From positions 1,860,001-1,924,000 of the forward strand of contig CDRNST010000013.1 in assembly GCA_977016875.1 (NCBI GenBank): DNA of 64,000 nt, read 5' to 3'. Of the stretch, positions 39,501-48,872 are shown in pieces. The notes under the pieces were generated by a model that was not told the origin of the DNA, did not search any database, and saw only the letters and a list, made by a program, of their open reading frames with translations. Position 1 is the stretch's first letter. Every line of letters begins with the position of its first letter. The stretch is from Pavona decussata (taxonomy: Eukaryota). The translations under genes and the position numbers were made by a program.

Positions 39501-42500
39501 TACTGTCGTCACATGACTCCTGTGCGGCTGCAACTTAGTAACGTTATGCACACGTTAACAGTTTTGCATGAGAGAAAGAATTACTGCAAATGCAAGAATA
39601 CAGGTTTGATAAATCTCACACTCACTTACGTTTTATAATGTCGAGAAAGAAAACTGGTCATTTAATAATAGATGAATTTGTCGGTCAGTGATGCATATAT
39701 ATTTTCTTTTACCGAGTATGTTTGTGTTACTGACTGAAAAAAAAAATCTTGAATTTATCTCAAATATAGCCATTTTAGTGAAGAAAAAACTATTTACGTT
39801 TTCACTGCTGTTTTCTGCCACGAAAAAGAATAATTAACCTTCTAATTTGCCGGGGTTTACATTGATTATGCGACACTAATTTGAAAAGCAACTATCGCCG
39901 AATAGTTACCTGATTCGAGAGGCGAACATTTCCCCTCCACACGACACTTCTGAGCAAGTCTTTGAATTACCATCTCTGGAACACTGCAGTAGTAAATATA
40001 AAACTCGTCTATGAATCCGTTTACTTTCAGCGCTAACGCCTCGTTTATTGAATATTTACCAATGGTGGTCAACTCGCCCCATGCTATATCCAGCGACCCT
40101 CCGTTTGACGAACCCCTCAATGTTTCCACTCCATTAAGAAATACCGCGGAACGCCCAGTATGAGCGTCATATTGGACGACGAGGTGTGTCCAGAGGTTTT
40201 CTGGAATGATTGGTGATGCGCTTAGCAGCTCGAATGTAGCGAGTGATGGGCGGGTTCCAGTGTATCGCCATGCGATGTGTCCTTCGAAAAGCTCAAAGCG
40301 GAGTGCACCCGCCTCTCCTTGTAAAACAAGAATCGGCTGAATGCCGTATCTGGATTGCAGTTTGACCCAAACGGCAATGGTTATTGCACTGGTTACCGTT
40401 TGACGAGTTGCACTCTTGAATTGCACATCTCCTGCATTCAGGTCTGCATAGTTGCCACATGGATAATCTTCGCTGCTCAACGACGGGGAATGGGCACGGC
40501 GTCTGTGCAATTCCTGCTGGTCAAATCCAAGGTGCAATTCGGGTGTACAACAGCCTGTCAAAAAACAAACCAGCATCTATGACAGATGACCATCACGCTG
40601 GACATGGATTATGGGGCGATGTACATGGAATGACAGAGGCGTGAACTAAGGTACTCGCTAAGATTATCAGGCCGGATATGACTGACAGATCCTTCGAGGG
40701 TCGTATCTAAATTACCTATTTTAAAACAATGGGGTTGAAATTCACTAGATAAACGGCGATTTGTTATCATGTGTGTGCAGCTGAATTGGACAAAACTTAA
40801 AAGAAACGAGTCCCTCTGCCTTTTTTGGAAAGAGGGGTGGCGAAAAACGTATTGGAGCTATATGTGTGTCCTTGAAGAGTATCAATTTTCAGCCATTTAG
40901 GGTTAAGATAGTCATTTTTTTGCCATTTTGGCTTACATTGAAAGGTTTTTTGAGGTGACATCTGAGACAATGGTATATGGACAACGATTCTGGTTTGGTT
41001 TGGTTAGTCAGTTTCCGCGTTTGGGCGTGGTACACCCCAAAACCTAAAATGGTGTGGGGGTATGCTCCTCCCTTCAAACGTAACTTTAAATGACCTGTGG
41101 AAAGACAAAACTGAGGAACCTGAATGAAGTCTCTCCCAATCGCTTACCTAGTTTGTCTGAGAAACAGTGCAATCAAACTTAGACTTATCCAAACGGATAG
41201 TTGAGGAAAAAGCTACACACGAGCCATCAGTGAAATGTGAAATTAGTGAAAATACGTGAAACGCAAGCCGTCTTTTGCGTGGTGATTCTTTTTCTCTGTT
41301 TGTTGTCAGGTTTAGCCTGTTGCTATGTCTCTTTTCTTCCAGTTAGAAAAAGCAGGTTTGACTCAATACAAGAGAAATATAACTTTTGATGCTAAAAAAA
41401 GGTAAACATACACATTCGCGGCGATGGTCTCCCTCAACTGGATCTACCATTCTCAACAGGTCCTTTAAATTGTCTTGTTCTCGTATTTTTTTGCATCAAA
41501 CGTGGACTGGGCAGAGGGAAAAAAATGAAACTGTGCTATTTTCCTCTCGCACCATTTTTCCTATTGTTTACCAGTTTTTTCTCTGTTTAGCTCCGGTGGA
41601 AAGAAGAGAAAATTCCTACACGGCAGCGAAATTGAACCTTGCGAAGGTAAACTGGGGCCCCTTGTGTCAGTTATGAACATGTACATAATTCCGTTCACAG
41701 CAAAACCATGACTGCAGACAAGTGAGAGTAAACGGTATCTATACCTGATCACTACAAACTGATCCTCACGACAGAGGAAAGACAGATGCAGAGGAATAAA
41801 CTAATATAACAATTAACACATTTTATTCGAAATATCGGGCACAAAAAATATCATAATTTTCATTTTATTTTGTTCCTCTTGCGTCCGCTTTTCATCTGCC
41901 GTTGGGATCAGTTCTCAATCCCAGCCTGGTTTGTTGTTTTGACCTTCGCTGCATGAAGATGAAAGAACAGGCGCAATAAGAATAGCGCGTGCGCGGAACG
42001 GGGTGGGGTGTGATCATGTAGTCTATCGTTCAAGCCAATTTTGCGATATATCCCCCAATTGCTGCCTGCATGCCTGGCAGGTGCTCTCTCCTCCACGACA
42101 CGCCAACAAAAGTAATTGGAAGAACTCCTATATTGAGAATAAACCCATCCATCCTCCAACCAATGGTTTTCAATACATAGCTACCCTTATGGCCGATGAA
42201 CGAAGCGAGTTGCGGGGGGGGGGGGGGGGGGGGAAGGGGGACGAATTTCTCTGTTACAAGAAAAACTCCCGCGACATCGTGGAAAGTAGCCTGCGATTTC
42301 CGACCTTCGTAGGTACAGATTGTAGTTTTTTCCTATCCATTTCCGTCTCCTAAACAAGAGAGCTGGTTTCTACCTTTCTGTTGCGCTATAAATCCTTTAA
42401 AATTCTTCGCATTTCACCTGACTTTTCTTCGGGCTTTGCGGTTAAATCTCCCGCTGTTTTGGCTCATTTTCCAGTGATAATAAAATCAAGTACTTTGGAC

Positions 42501-44722
42501 GTTTGTTTTTATAAGATACCGGGCGCGACCGGAAAACCACACATGTTTGTCACATTATCTACAATCGATCAAACCATGTGTAATGTGGTGACATCAATCA
42601 AAGAAAGAACAAAAGTTTGTTTCTGCAGTTTGTCAAATTGTACAAATTTATTACAGCGCCTGACTAGAATCCACCTTTGTTATACCCTTTGTGGTGGGGT
42701 GGGGTTGGGGATACACTTGCATAAGAAACAGATTTACTGATTTACTGTATGTTATAAAACGCATTGACAAAAATGCCTGGCCAAATAATTTGGAACAGAA
42801 CATAATAGGCTATTTTATGTTCCCGAAGATTGGCTACCAAGACCACAAAGAGAGGTTTAAATATTTTTTCTTCTGAAAAAATAGGGTTCGTAACGGAATT
42901 TAGGGTGGGTTTGTGATGTTTGGAGTTACAAGCCCTCAGACCAGGCGTGATATTTTGTTTCCTAATCCCATAACCCAGCTCTGTTCCCTATTTGTCACCA
43001 ATTGGTAATTAAAACATATCTTACATATTATTTCTCTACATATTTACTGTCCATATATTTATATAAGATGTCTGCTTTTACATATTCTACAGTTATAGTT
43101 TTTCTTTATTTATCCTTATTTTAAATTGGGTTAAATAGTATTTACGTTTGTTTCCTTTTTATAGTCACCCAGTGAAAGTTAGTTTGTCTAACCGAAATAC
43201 CCGGCAATGTTATTAAAATACTAGCTGTTCGATCAACCTCGCATCTTTTAAGTCGTTTTAATTAAAACACACTCTATTAGTATTACGGTTTAAAAACTGC
43301 ACTTTTTTTTGGGGGGGGGGGGGGGGGAGGAGGGGGTGGAGGGGTTGGGCAACCATCTTATAAGGAATTAGTTCGCAGCATCAAATGTTTGTATTTTTGT
43401 CCAGGCTTTTGTGTCCTCACAGAAAAAAAAATAATAATAAAAAAATAAAATTTTGCAAAGATTTGGCGAGAATCTGCATTTCCCGTCTAAGTTTCACCCC
43501 CGGAAATAAATTCGACGCGATGAATTTATTATTCCTAACATAACCCATTTCATGCTGTCAACATCACGCAGCTTACCTGGTGGTCCACTGTCCGCCAGGG
43601 ATCTTCGATCTCTGATCGCTGACATGACTGAATTGACGCCATGAGAGCGTTGAACGACTTTGGTTTCCTCTGGCAAATTCTTCACTTCGTATAAATTATC
43701 AGTTTCCTAGATAAAAAGAAATCCGCACTTAAGCATTTGGAGAATGCGTTGATTGCAAAATTCAAAGGGGGAAATATGTGGAAATATTTTGCTACTCCAT
43801 GGCAAATAATTTTATTCGAGCAGCGCTAGGAAAAAGAAAGCCGGACTTGAATTATCGTGAGGTCGGCATTGCTATTGGTATGCAGCGGTTTGGCGGAATG
43901 CATAACCTTAATGAATCGGTATGATAAAGTTTGGATAATATTTCCCGTGGTTTACTGACATATCAAATTTATTTATTCCGAAAACCTCCAGCAAGTAAAT
44001 TATCAAGGAACGTACTTGATCTTTAACCCTTGAAATCACGATATTTACTACATACTATTTTGAGCTACCTGCCGAAACTTTGTTTTGAAAAATAGGAAAA
44101 CAAAATCACTTCCTGCCAGAAAGCTAACTCAGAAATCTGCAATCAAGTCCAATCTGTCATAAGATCACCATCATCTTTGCCATAGAAGAGCTTCTTATGG
44201 ATTTAATGCAATGTTTACATATTTACTTAAGCTGAATAAAATTAAAAGAATGTTTACTTATAGACTTTTCATGAGTGAAATTAAAATAATGTTGGTTTGG
44301 CACTTCCATTTGATGCGGAAAGCGTGCAGCGAGTGCAGCTTTCTGTGCGTGTTTCCCCCGCTGTGACCTGAATGATAGCTCTGACATGTCACGGACAAAT
44401 GAAGGACGACCAGTTAGGTGTGTGCAGCCTTACAGAAAATTAGATGAAAACAAAGCTAAGGAAATCGGGAAATTTTCTAAGCGTACGTACGACGTCAGAA
44501 TCGCGGTCAAAATGCTGGTTTTGTTTTACATTCTAACAATTTTAGTAATATAAGTATATTTTCTACAGGAAATATACTTTCCTCAATTTCATTATGACAA
44601 CAATTTGACTCAATTCACAGTTGTAGAAAAAAGCTTACCTGTAAAGGTCTGCTGATAACTAGCTGTAACGAAAGCAGGAAACCAAATGCACATGGCAATC
44701 TAGTGAAACAAAAAGGCCACAT
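776..44722 (-). CDS. HSPG2: Perlecan/HSPG2-like basement-membrane proteoglycan core protein gene (31 coding exons in window, 3' end probably off the left edge; orthology unproven)
   Basis: Manual splicing gives one continuous frame with compatible phases: 44639-44722, 43577-43706, 39910-40554, 39408-39527, 38858-38970, 38123-38305, 31989-37197, 31460-31542, 31094-31180, 29526-29653, 29008-29119, 28216-28320, 27987-28114, 27053-27139, 25962-26017, 25280-25356, 14115-14255, 12972-13160, 12362-12454, 11301-11384, 10748-10866, 9101-9212, 7920-8033, 6992-7119, 5572-5658, 4866-4927, 3925-4194, 3129-3404, 2386-2658, 1904-2176, 776-1045. The order LDLa, LE/L4 modules, tandem Ig is the perlecan domain II-III-IV order. 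Confidence 0.85.
1440..1715. mobile_element. Penelope-like terminal repeat relic (inverted halves) with hammerhead-like core
   Basis: Minus strand CTGACGG-AGAGCTAACGCTC-GAAACG at about 1508-1534; plus strand ccaccgacgcagcaccaca...ctttagaa at about 1675-1705. Confidence 0.55.
1557..1642 (+). repeat. (AAAT)n microsatellite
   Basis: Direct reading. Confidence 0.95.
1904..2176 (-). CDS. Perlecan-like exon, Ig I-set domain 4
   Basis: [15 protein letters not shown]...[11 protein letters not shown]. Confidence 0.92.
2386..2658 (-). CDS. Perlecan-like exon, Ig I-set domain 3
   Basis: [16 protein letters not shown]...[10 protein letters not shown]. Confidence 0.92.
3129..3404 (-). CDS. Perlecan-like exon, Ig I-set domain 2 (not in ORF track)
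   Basis: [38 protein letters not shown]...[24 protein letters not shown]; phase 1-1. Confidence 0.9.
3925..4194 (-). CDS. Perlecan-like exon, Ig I-set domain 1
   Basis: FYC...IAWSR...[11 protein letters not shown]; phase 1-1. Confidence 0.92.
4270..4375 (+). repeat. (ATC)/(ATT) low-complexity microsatellite
   Basis: Direct reading. Confidence 0.85.
4866..4927 (-). CDS. Perlecan-like exon, laminin-EGF end
   Basis: [20 protein letters not shown]. Confidence 0.88.
5572..5658 (-). CDS. Perlecan-like exon, laminin-EGF
   Basis: [28 protein letters not shown]. Confidence 0.9.
6155..6400 (+). repeat. Diverged tandem repeat, about 110-bp unit (gtgtgaccattcaaatgaaagctactgag family)
   Basis: About two copies here; related pieces near 6630-6690, 8780-8990 (minus strand) and 53455-53620. 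Confidence 0.6.
6992..7119 (-). CDS. Perlecan-like exon, laminin-EGF
   Basis: [42 protein letters not shown]. Confidence 0.92.
7123..7217 (+). repeat. (AAAAC)n / A-rich microsatellite forming the polypyrimidine tract of an acceptor
   Basis: Direct reading. Confidence 0.9.
7920..8033 (-). CDS. Perlecan-like exon, laminin-EGF
   Basis: [38 protein letters not shown]. Confidence 0.9.
8379..8545. mobile_element. MITE with 9-bp TSD and TAG...CTA ends (Academ- or MULE-like)
   Basis: TAGACTT...AAGTCTA termini; TSD TAAATTCTC (8370-8378, 8546-8554); left 38 bp tandemly duplicated. Confidence 0.8.
9101..9212 (-). CDS. Perlecan-like exon, L4 end and LE
   Basis: [37 protein letters not shown]. Confidence 0.9.
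10748..10866 (-). CDS. Perlecan-like exon, second L4
   Basis: [33 protein letters not shown]. Confidence 0.9.
11301..11384 (-). CDS. Perlecan-like exon, second L4
   Basis: [28 protein letters not shown]; this frame differs from the ORF track but fits phase 0-0. Confidence 0.82.
12362..12454 (-). CDS. Perlecan-like exon, second L4
   Basis: [31 protein letters not shown]. Confidence 0.9.
12972..13160 (-). CDS. Perlecan-like exon, second L4
   Basis: IRLRFALL...[15 protein letters not shown]. Confidence 0.9.
14115..14255 (-). CDS. Perlecan-like exon, laminin-EGF before second L4
   Basis: [47 protein letters not shown]. Confidence 0.92.
18393..18606. mobile_element. MITE nested in the Harbinger element
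   Basis: TIRs GAGGGTCG(T/C)ACA; 7-bp TSD TATTCAA (18386-18392, 18607-18613). Confidence 0.8.
19452..19666 (-). pseudogene. HARBI1-like transposase first-exon remnant
   Basis: [22 protein letters not shown]...LSRDT, then in a shifted frame [11 protein letters not shown]|gtaaat; resembles the HARBI1 N-terminal RYR...TxRSxxLS motif. Confidence 0.55.
20545..20721. other. Assembly gap (177 N)
   Basis: Run of N. Confidence 1.
25280..25356 (-). CDS. Perlecan-like exon, laminin-EGF
   Basis: [25 protein letters not shown]; phase 1 to 0. Confidence 0.88.
25962..26017 (-). CDS. Perlecan-like exon, laminin-EGF
   Basis: [18 protein letters not shown]; phase 2 to 1. Confidence 0.85.
26511..26623. mobile_element. 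Small TA-flanked MITE (Tc1/mariner-like)
   Basis: TA|CAGCTGTTTCGACAAAGGTTG ... CAACCTTTGAGAAAACAGCTG|TA. Confidence 0.65.
26680..26970. repeat. Decayed fold-back element with one TTAA end
   Basis: Imperfect inverted arms (ttgacac...accttaaaatt...gagagtcttgtct versus agacaagactctc...aatttttaaggt...gtgtcaa); right end ggagccTTAA. Confidence 0.45.
27053..27139 (-). CDS. Perlecan-like exon, laminin-EGF
   Basis: [28 protein letters not shown], strongly resembling perlecan domain III. Confidence 0.92.
27987..28114 (-). CDS. Perlecan-like exon, laminin-EGF
   Basis: [42 protein letters not shown]. Confidence 0.9.
28216..28320 (-). CDS. Perlecan-like exon, laminin-EGF
   Basis: [35 protein letters not shown]. 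Confidence 0.9.
29008..29119 (-). CDS. Perlecan-like exon, L4 end and LE
   Basis: [37 protein letters not shown]. Confidence 0.9.
29526..29653 (-). CDS. Perlecan-like exon, first L4
   Basis: [32 protein letters not shown] matches the L4 W...(T/S)RxxFMxVL...IxxRxxY motif. Confidence 0.9.
30946..31058. repeat. Hairpin MITE-like repeat, copy 1
   Basis: aatatcgcctgattttagc...gctgagtatcaggcgatatt; same family as 52022-52135. Confidence 0.7.
31094..31180 (-). CDS. Perlecan-like exon, first L4
   Basis: [29 protein letters not shown]; tag/gtttgt; phase 0-0. Confidence 0.82.
31460..31542 (-). CDS. Perlecan-like exon, end of mucin insert and return to L4
   Basis: [28 protein letters not shown]; phase 1 to 0. 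Confidence 0.8.
31989..37197 (-). CDS. Giant 5,209-nt exon: L4 motif followed by acidic Thr/Ser/Glu-rich mucin-like repeat region
   Basis: ttcgtag|[17 protein letters not shown] continues into the 1718-aa ORF of the track; ends TPTS G|gttag (phase 1). Confidence 0.9.
32560..36770 (-). repeat. Coding minisatellite, about 63-nt (21-aa) unit, roughly 65-70 copies
   Basis: Unit about ADVSTEEQ(V/I)(Q/E)TTA(T/A/I)PETSSTA; recurring cctcagtcgacacatccgctgctgtggaagatgtttc on the + strand. Confidence 0.95.
38123..38305 (-). CDS. Perlecan-like exon, first L4 (laminin B) domain, N-terminal part
   Basis: Ends [14 protein letters not shown], matching the L4 Y-W/F-xLPxxFLG motif; donor is AAG|gcaagt (GC). 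Confidence 0.85.
38858..38970 (-). CDS. Perlecan-like exon, laminin-EGF start before first L4
   Basis: [38 protein letters not shown] contains the CFCxG motif that precedes L4. Confidence 0.88.
39201..39338 (+). repeat. Local 68-bp tandem duplication
   Basis: tgtatataaagtcccttatggatttaccttcgctagaaagccatttagtata... starts at 39201 and again at 39269. Confidence 0.9.
39408..39527 (-). CDS. Perlecan-like exon, LDL-receptor class A domain
   Basis: [36 protein letters not shown]: 6 Cys and the DCxDxSDE motif; cag/gtaag. Confidence 0.92.
39910..40554 (-). CDS. Perlecan-like exon 3, LamG/pentraxin (concanavalin-A-like) domain
   Basis: Motifs [23 protein letters not shown] and [10 protein letters not shown] are typical of Laminin_G_3/pentraxin folds; 645 nt, phase 1-1. 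Confidence 0.85.
43577..43706 (-). CDS. Perlecan-like exon 2, putative propeptide
   Basis: ttatctag|[43 protein letters not shown](G)|gtaagc; phase 0 to 1 fits both neighbours. Confidence 0.8.
44639..44722 (-). CDS. Perlecan-like first coding exon, signal peptide
   Basis: [28 protein letters not shown] is hydrophobic; donor CAG|gtaagc, phase 0. Confidence 0.75.
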
Positions 44723-44879
44723 CACTGCAATACAGACCCACACAGAGGAATGCGCGAGAATACGCCTCGAGCTTGCACAGCAGCGGTCAAGAAACCGTAT
44801 ACAGTATTCAAGATTCTTCTGCTTAACCAGTTACAGTCGATATCTCGACGATGTTATCTTTAACCATGAAAGATCACTG

Positions 44880-45060
44880 TCTACGATGTCGAAGTTTCAG
44901 CAAATGCCGCTCAGATTTCTCGCCGCCGGAAGTTCGATAGTTTCACTTGCAAACGTTTATCTTGAGCGGCACTTAACGACGAGCTGTGATTGGTGGAAAA
45001 GCTTGTATGCAATGGCACCGGATGTAATGTGATGTCAATGTAACGCCAATAAATCGTGTT
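44880..45060 (-). promoter_or_regulatory. Putative proximal promoter of the perlecan-like gene
   Basis: CpG-rich segment 150-350 nt upstream of the ATG, with ETS-like CCGGAAGT (44926-44933) and CCAAT boxes (about 44989 and 45046); motif evidence only. Confidence 0.3.
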
Positions 45061-46569
45061 TTGCGCTATTTGCTGCAAAAAGCTCTCTTTGTTCATAGTG
45101 TTTGAAGAATAAACAGAACGTCTCCGGGAAAAAAGGTCAAAGTAAAATTTTCGTGAAACGTTTGACTTGTTCATACAATCGAAATGCAGTCCTTTTGTCT
45201 GTGATCGTGGTTATTTTGTCATTTTATGCGACCTAACAGATAGCTTCCTCGGAGTTAATACCATTTGGTAATGTTAATGTTATCGTATTGTCAAGATGTG
45301 CTTATCTGCACAGACAGCTCGTTTCTGATAGCTGCTAACTCCTGCCGGAGAACAAGTGTTATGTGGCGGTATTCCTTATCATGCGTGAATATGAATTCTT
45401 GTACAGTACTGTAGTAGAACCCCGCTAGCTTTACGGGCACACCTACGGACAGTTGCGTTGTCGCGACGAAAAGCTCATCTTTTCTCTAACATTAGCCCGC
45501 TCAACACACCGTTCAATAGGAACAACGGTCACTTTTCTGTGACCCGAATAACGCGCTTACGGCGGCTTTCATACAATTAAGTCCCCCCCCCCCCCCCCGT
45601 CCCTTTACGGACACTGCTTGAACCACAAACTGAAAATGTCGGTGCAGAACAAAGTCATAGACGTTTGAACCACTGAAAGAACACTAATTTTAGTCCGTGT
45701 TTATATCAATGAGCGTGAAATTTCTTCATTTTGAACTTAAGTTACAGTGAAGATATGAAGCATCGTTGTGTGTATTTTTAGTCTTTGTATCGATGAACAA
45801 TGTGTTGGACTTGTGTAATTCATTCATAGCGCATATTTGTAAACACGTATAAATTAAATAAAACGCTCAAATACTTCGCACCACAACCAAACATTATTTC
45901 CTATATTTCTTCTTTTGTTAATGTTTATTTAGAGACTATAAATATTTCTGTACGAGGAATATTTACAGAGAAATGAATTTTCAAATACTTTTATCCGAGC
46001 GGCCAAATTGCACTCGTGGTAAACTTCACGCGGTAGCCAACCCCCAAGCCGAACTCGGAAAACGTGTATTTTAATTGAAGGAGAAGAGAAATTTAAACGA
46101 GCTGTGAGAGTACCCAATATTTGCTAAAAGTTTACAGCCCATCGAGCGACCGACGGAACGATGGAACGACCGAGCAAGTGATATTTTTCGTTCATTACGA
46201 TAACTCTTTCATTGCACATGCGCAATTCACGAGTTAAAAATGAAAAAGAAAGGAACCCCAGAGTCTCTCGGCTTGACTACGTCGGACGCCAAGGGTGGTC
46301 AGTCATGTGCAAAAGGGAAGAGCTCTGGGGTGGAGAATGATCCTTGTCAAACGTCATTAATTTTTCGTTGCTTTTAATTTAAGTAAAGAATAAAATGCAA
46401 GGAACCGCAAACGAAAATGCTGCAGGTATACGGAGGATCTGTAAAAGATGTAATCAGCCAAAAATATAAGTAGCTCAAATAACTGCAAGGCTGATCTCAC
46501 TGCGTAGAAAACTTAACACAACACACACTGACGACAGCGATATGACAGAGACCAAACCGATAATAAGCT

Positions 46570-47885
46570 TAATTTAATAATAAACCTAATTTATATTGCA
46601 CTAAAATCATAAAATATTCTAAAGCGCTTTACAGCACATAATTAAAATCAATATAACGAAGCGGACTAATGTGAAAATTATCACAACAAACTATATGCTG
46701 ACTTAAAAAGGTATGTCTTTAACTTTGATTTTAAAATAGAAACCAGTTGGGAATGGATCGTATATCGAAGGAGTTTGTTCCAAAGTAATGGTCGAGAATG
46801 CGCAAAGGCCCGATCACCAAAGGTCTTGTGAATAGTTTTCGGCACAAAAAGAAGTCCCTGGTCACAACAGAGTAGGCTATACGCTGAAATGGAATGGGGT
46901 AACAGCAGTTCTTTAATGTATTGTGGAGCTTGATCGTTAACAGTTTTATAGACTAAAAGCAGGAGTTTAAACTGAACACGATAATTAACTGGAAGCCAAT
47001 GTAGGCGGAATAAGGCAGACGAGATGTGATCAAATTTAGGTATACCAAAAATTAGTCGAGCAGCTGCGTTTAGCACTTTCTGAAGATATTTGATATTTAG
47101 GGATGCCAAAGAAAAGGGAGTTGCAGTAGTCGTAATGTGAAGTTACTAATGCATGAACAATAATTTTCGTCCACTCAGGATTGAGGAATTTTCTAATTTG
47201 GCGGATTTTATACAACCCAGCGAAGGCCTTCATGGCTACATGTCTTGGCAACGTGAATCGACATGGACATGTTAGAATCGAACCAGGAACCCAAATTACG
47301 AACACTGTGGAGAGGCTGAACGGTAGAGTCACCGACAAAGATGGAATGAATTGATATTTTTGATAGTTGTTGACGAGAACCAACTATTAGAATTTCAGTT
47401 TTCGAATCATTTATCATCAGGCGATTATGAAGTAGCCACGCACGGACATCAGAAACACAGGACTCAATAGCAGCTAAGACAAGGTCTTTTGAAGAACCGC
47501 TATCGGGTCTGAACGAGAGATAGAGCTGCCTGTCATCAGCATACCCATGATCATGAGCTGAGGGAAGGAGGTTAGCAATTACGTGATAGAGTCGGGAGAC
47601 GTATAATACGAACAAAACAGGACCCATACAGCCGCCTTGTGGGACACCGCAATGTAATTGAAATTCACCAGAAAAACTATCATTTATGAGAACCCGTTGC
47701 TTTCTGTTCGCCAGATAACATGCGAACCAGGTAAGGGCTGAACCAATGATTCGAAAATCATTTTCAAGTACACTAAGGAGAATTTGATGATCAATTGTGT
47801 CAAAAGCCGCGCTCAAATCGAGTTACACAAGAGGCGTAATTTCCTGATTGTCCATAGACATGAGAATATCACTTTTACTTGTTTA
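46570..47885 (-). mobile_element. 5'-truncated non-LTR retrotransposon (L2/CR1 group), decayed reverse transcriptase
   Basis: LDLSAAFDTIDH, GVPQG, YADD, LHWLPV, FGDRAF motifs spread over three frames with stops and frameshifts; short 3' UTR ending in an ATT-rich tail. Confidence 0.92.
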
Positions 47886-48453
47886 CCTAACAACTGAAAC
47901 ATCATATACATTCTGGATTTGTGGCAAGAAAATCTGAAAATGCCCAACTTTATTATACGTCTTTCTGTTAATCTTTACCTTGCTTTCAGTAACACGCAAA
48001 TCCAACCTATGATTGCACTGTACACCACCATCAATCACAATCTTATTGCAGTGACAAATTGATTAAAAATCGAATCAAAATGGATCAAAATCCAGGGATT
48101 ATAACTAACAGACGTCACCTTTTTATACCTTCTGATTTAAGCAGCTTACTTTTTTCCCTACAAGACAGCTAATATAATCAAAAGCAGCATAATTGTTAGT
48201 TGGGATTTGAACTTCAAAGTTTGCGAATTCTTGAAAAGACACAAATATTATTATTCACCAGCGTGAGGGTGGATAGGGGTGAATATTTACCAATCTGTGA
48301 AGCGGTGAAATTAATATCCACAGCTGTTCACCAACAGAAGATGCACTAAACTAAATTTATGTTATGCTAAATATTAAAATTTTTGTCCCTCAGTTTTTGA
48401 CTTAGACTTTTTTTTGCCGTTAGCTTGAAATTAGCCTTTATAACCATTTTTAA

Positions 48454-48872
48454 AGGAAACCTCCACTCTCGAAACATGTTAACGTTACATTATTGAAAAT
48501 ACAATTTTCTTTGAAATTTCATTGGAAATCATGGAAATAATATTTCAGTGTCGGAAAAAAGCATAATTTGATTATCAGCTATTTTTGCTTTTAAATTTCC
48601 CGCGCGCTGCCATCTTGGATTTCATGACGTAATAAGGTTGCTCAATTCTTTTACACAAAAGAACTTCTGCTGAATAACAATAGCGGCAACCATTACACGT
48701 CATCAAATTCAAAATGGCTGCCCCCAGGAAATTTAAAAGCGAAAGCTGTCGATAATCATATCTAATTTTTAACACAGTTGAATGTCATTTCTACGTTTTA
48801 GACAAATATTTAGAATTTAGACACTATTTCCAACGCTTACCCGTCAATTTGTTGTGAGAGTGGAGGTTCCCG
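48454..48872. mobile_element. TTAA-flanked fold-back MITE (Kolobok- or piggyBac-like)
   Basis: TTAA|AGGAAACCTCCACTCTC ... GAGAGTGGAGGTTCCCG|TTAA; long internal inverted arms about 48575-48750. Confidence 0.78.

Noticed and set aside
41405-41510. Exon-like segment in intron 2 of the perlecan-like gene
   Set aside because: All three frames from the best acceptor contain stops and show no domain similarity.
43165-43205. Third possible hammerhead relic
   Set aside because: The core CUGANGA is absent; too decayed to support.
43311-43350. G-rich runs as G-quadruplex elements (also near 17035, 19160, 42215, 45585)
   Set aside because: Simple homopolymer tracts with no supporting context.
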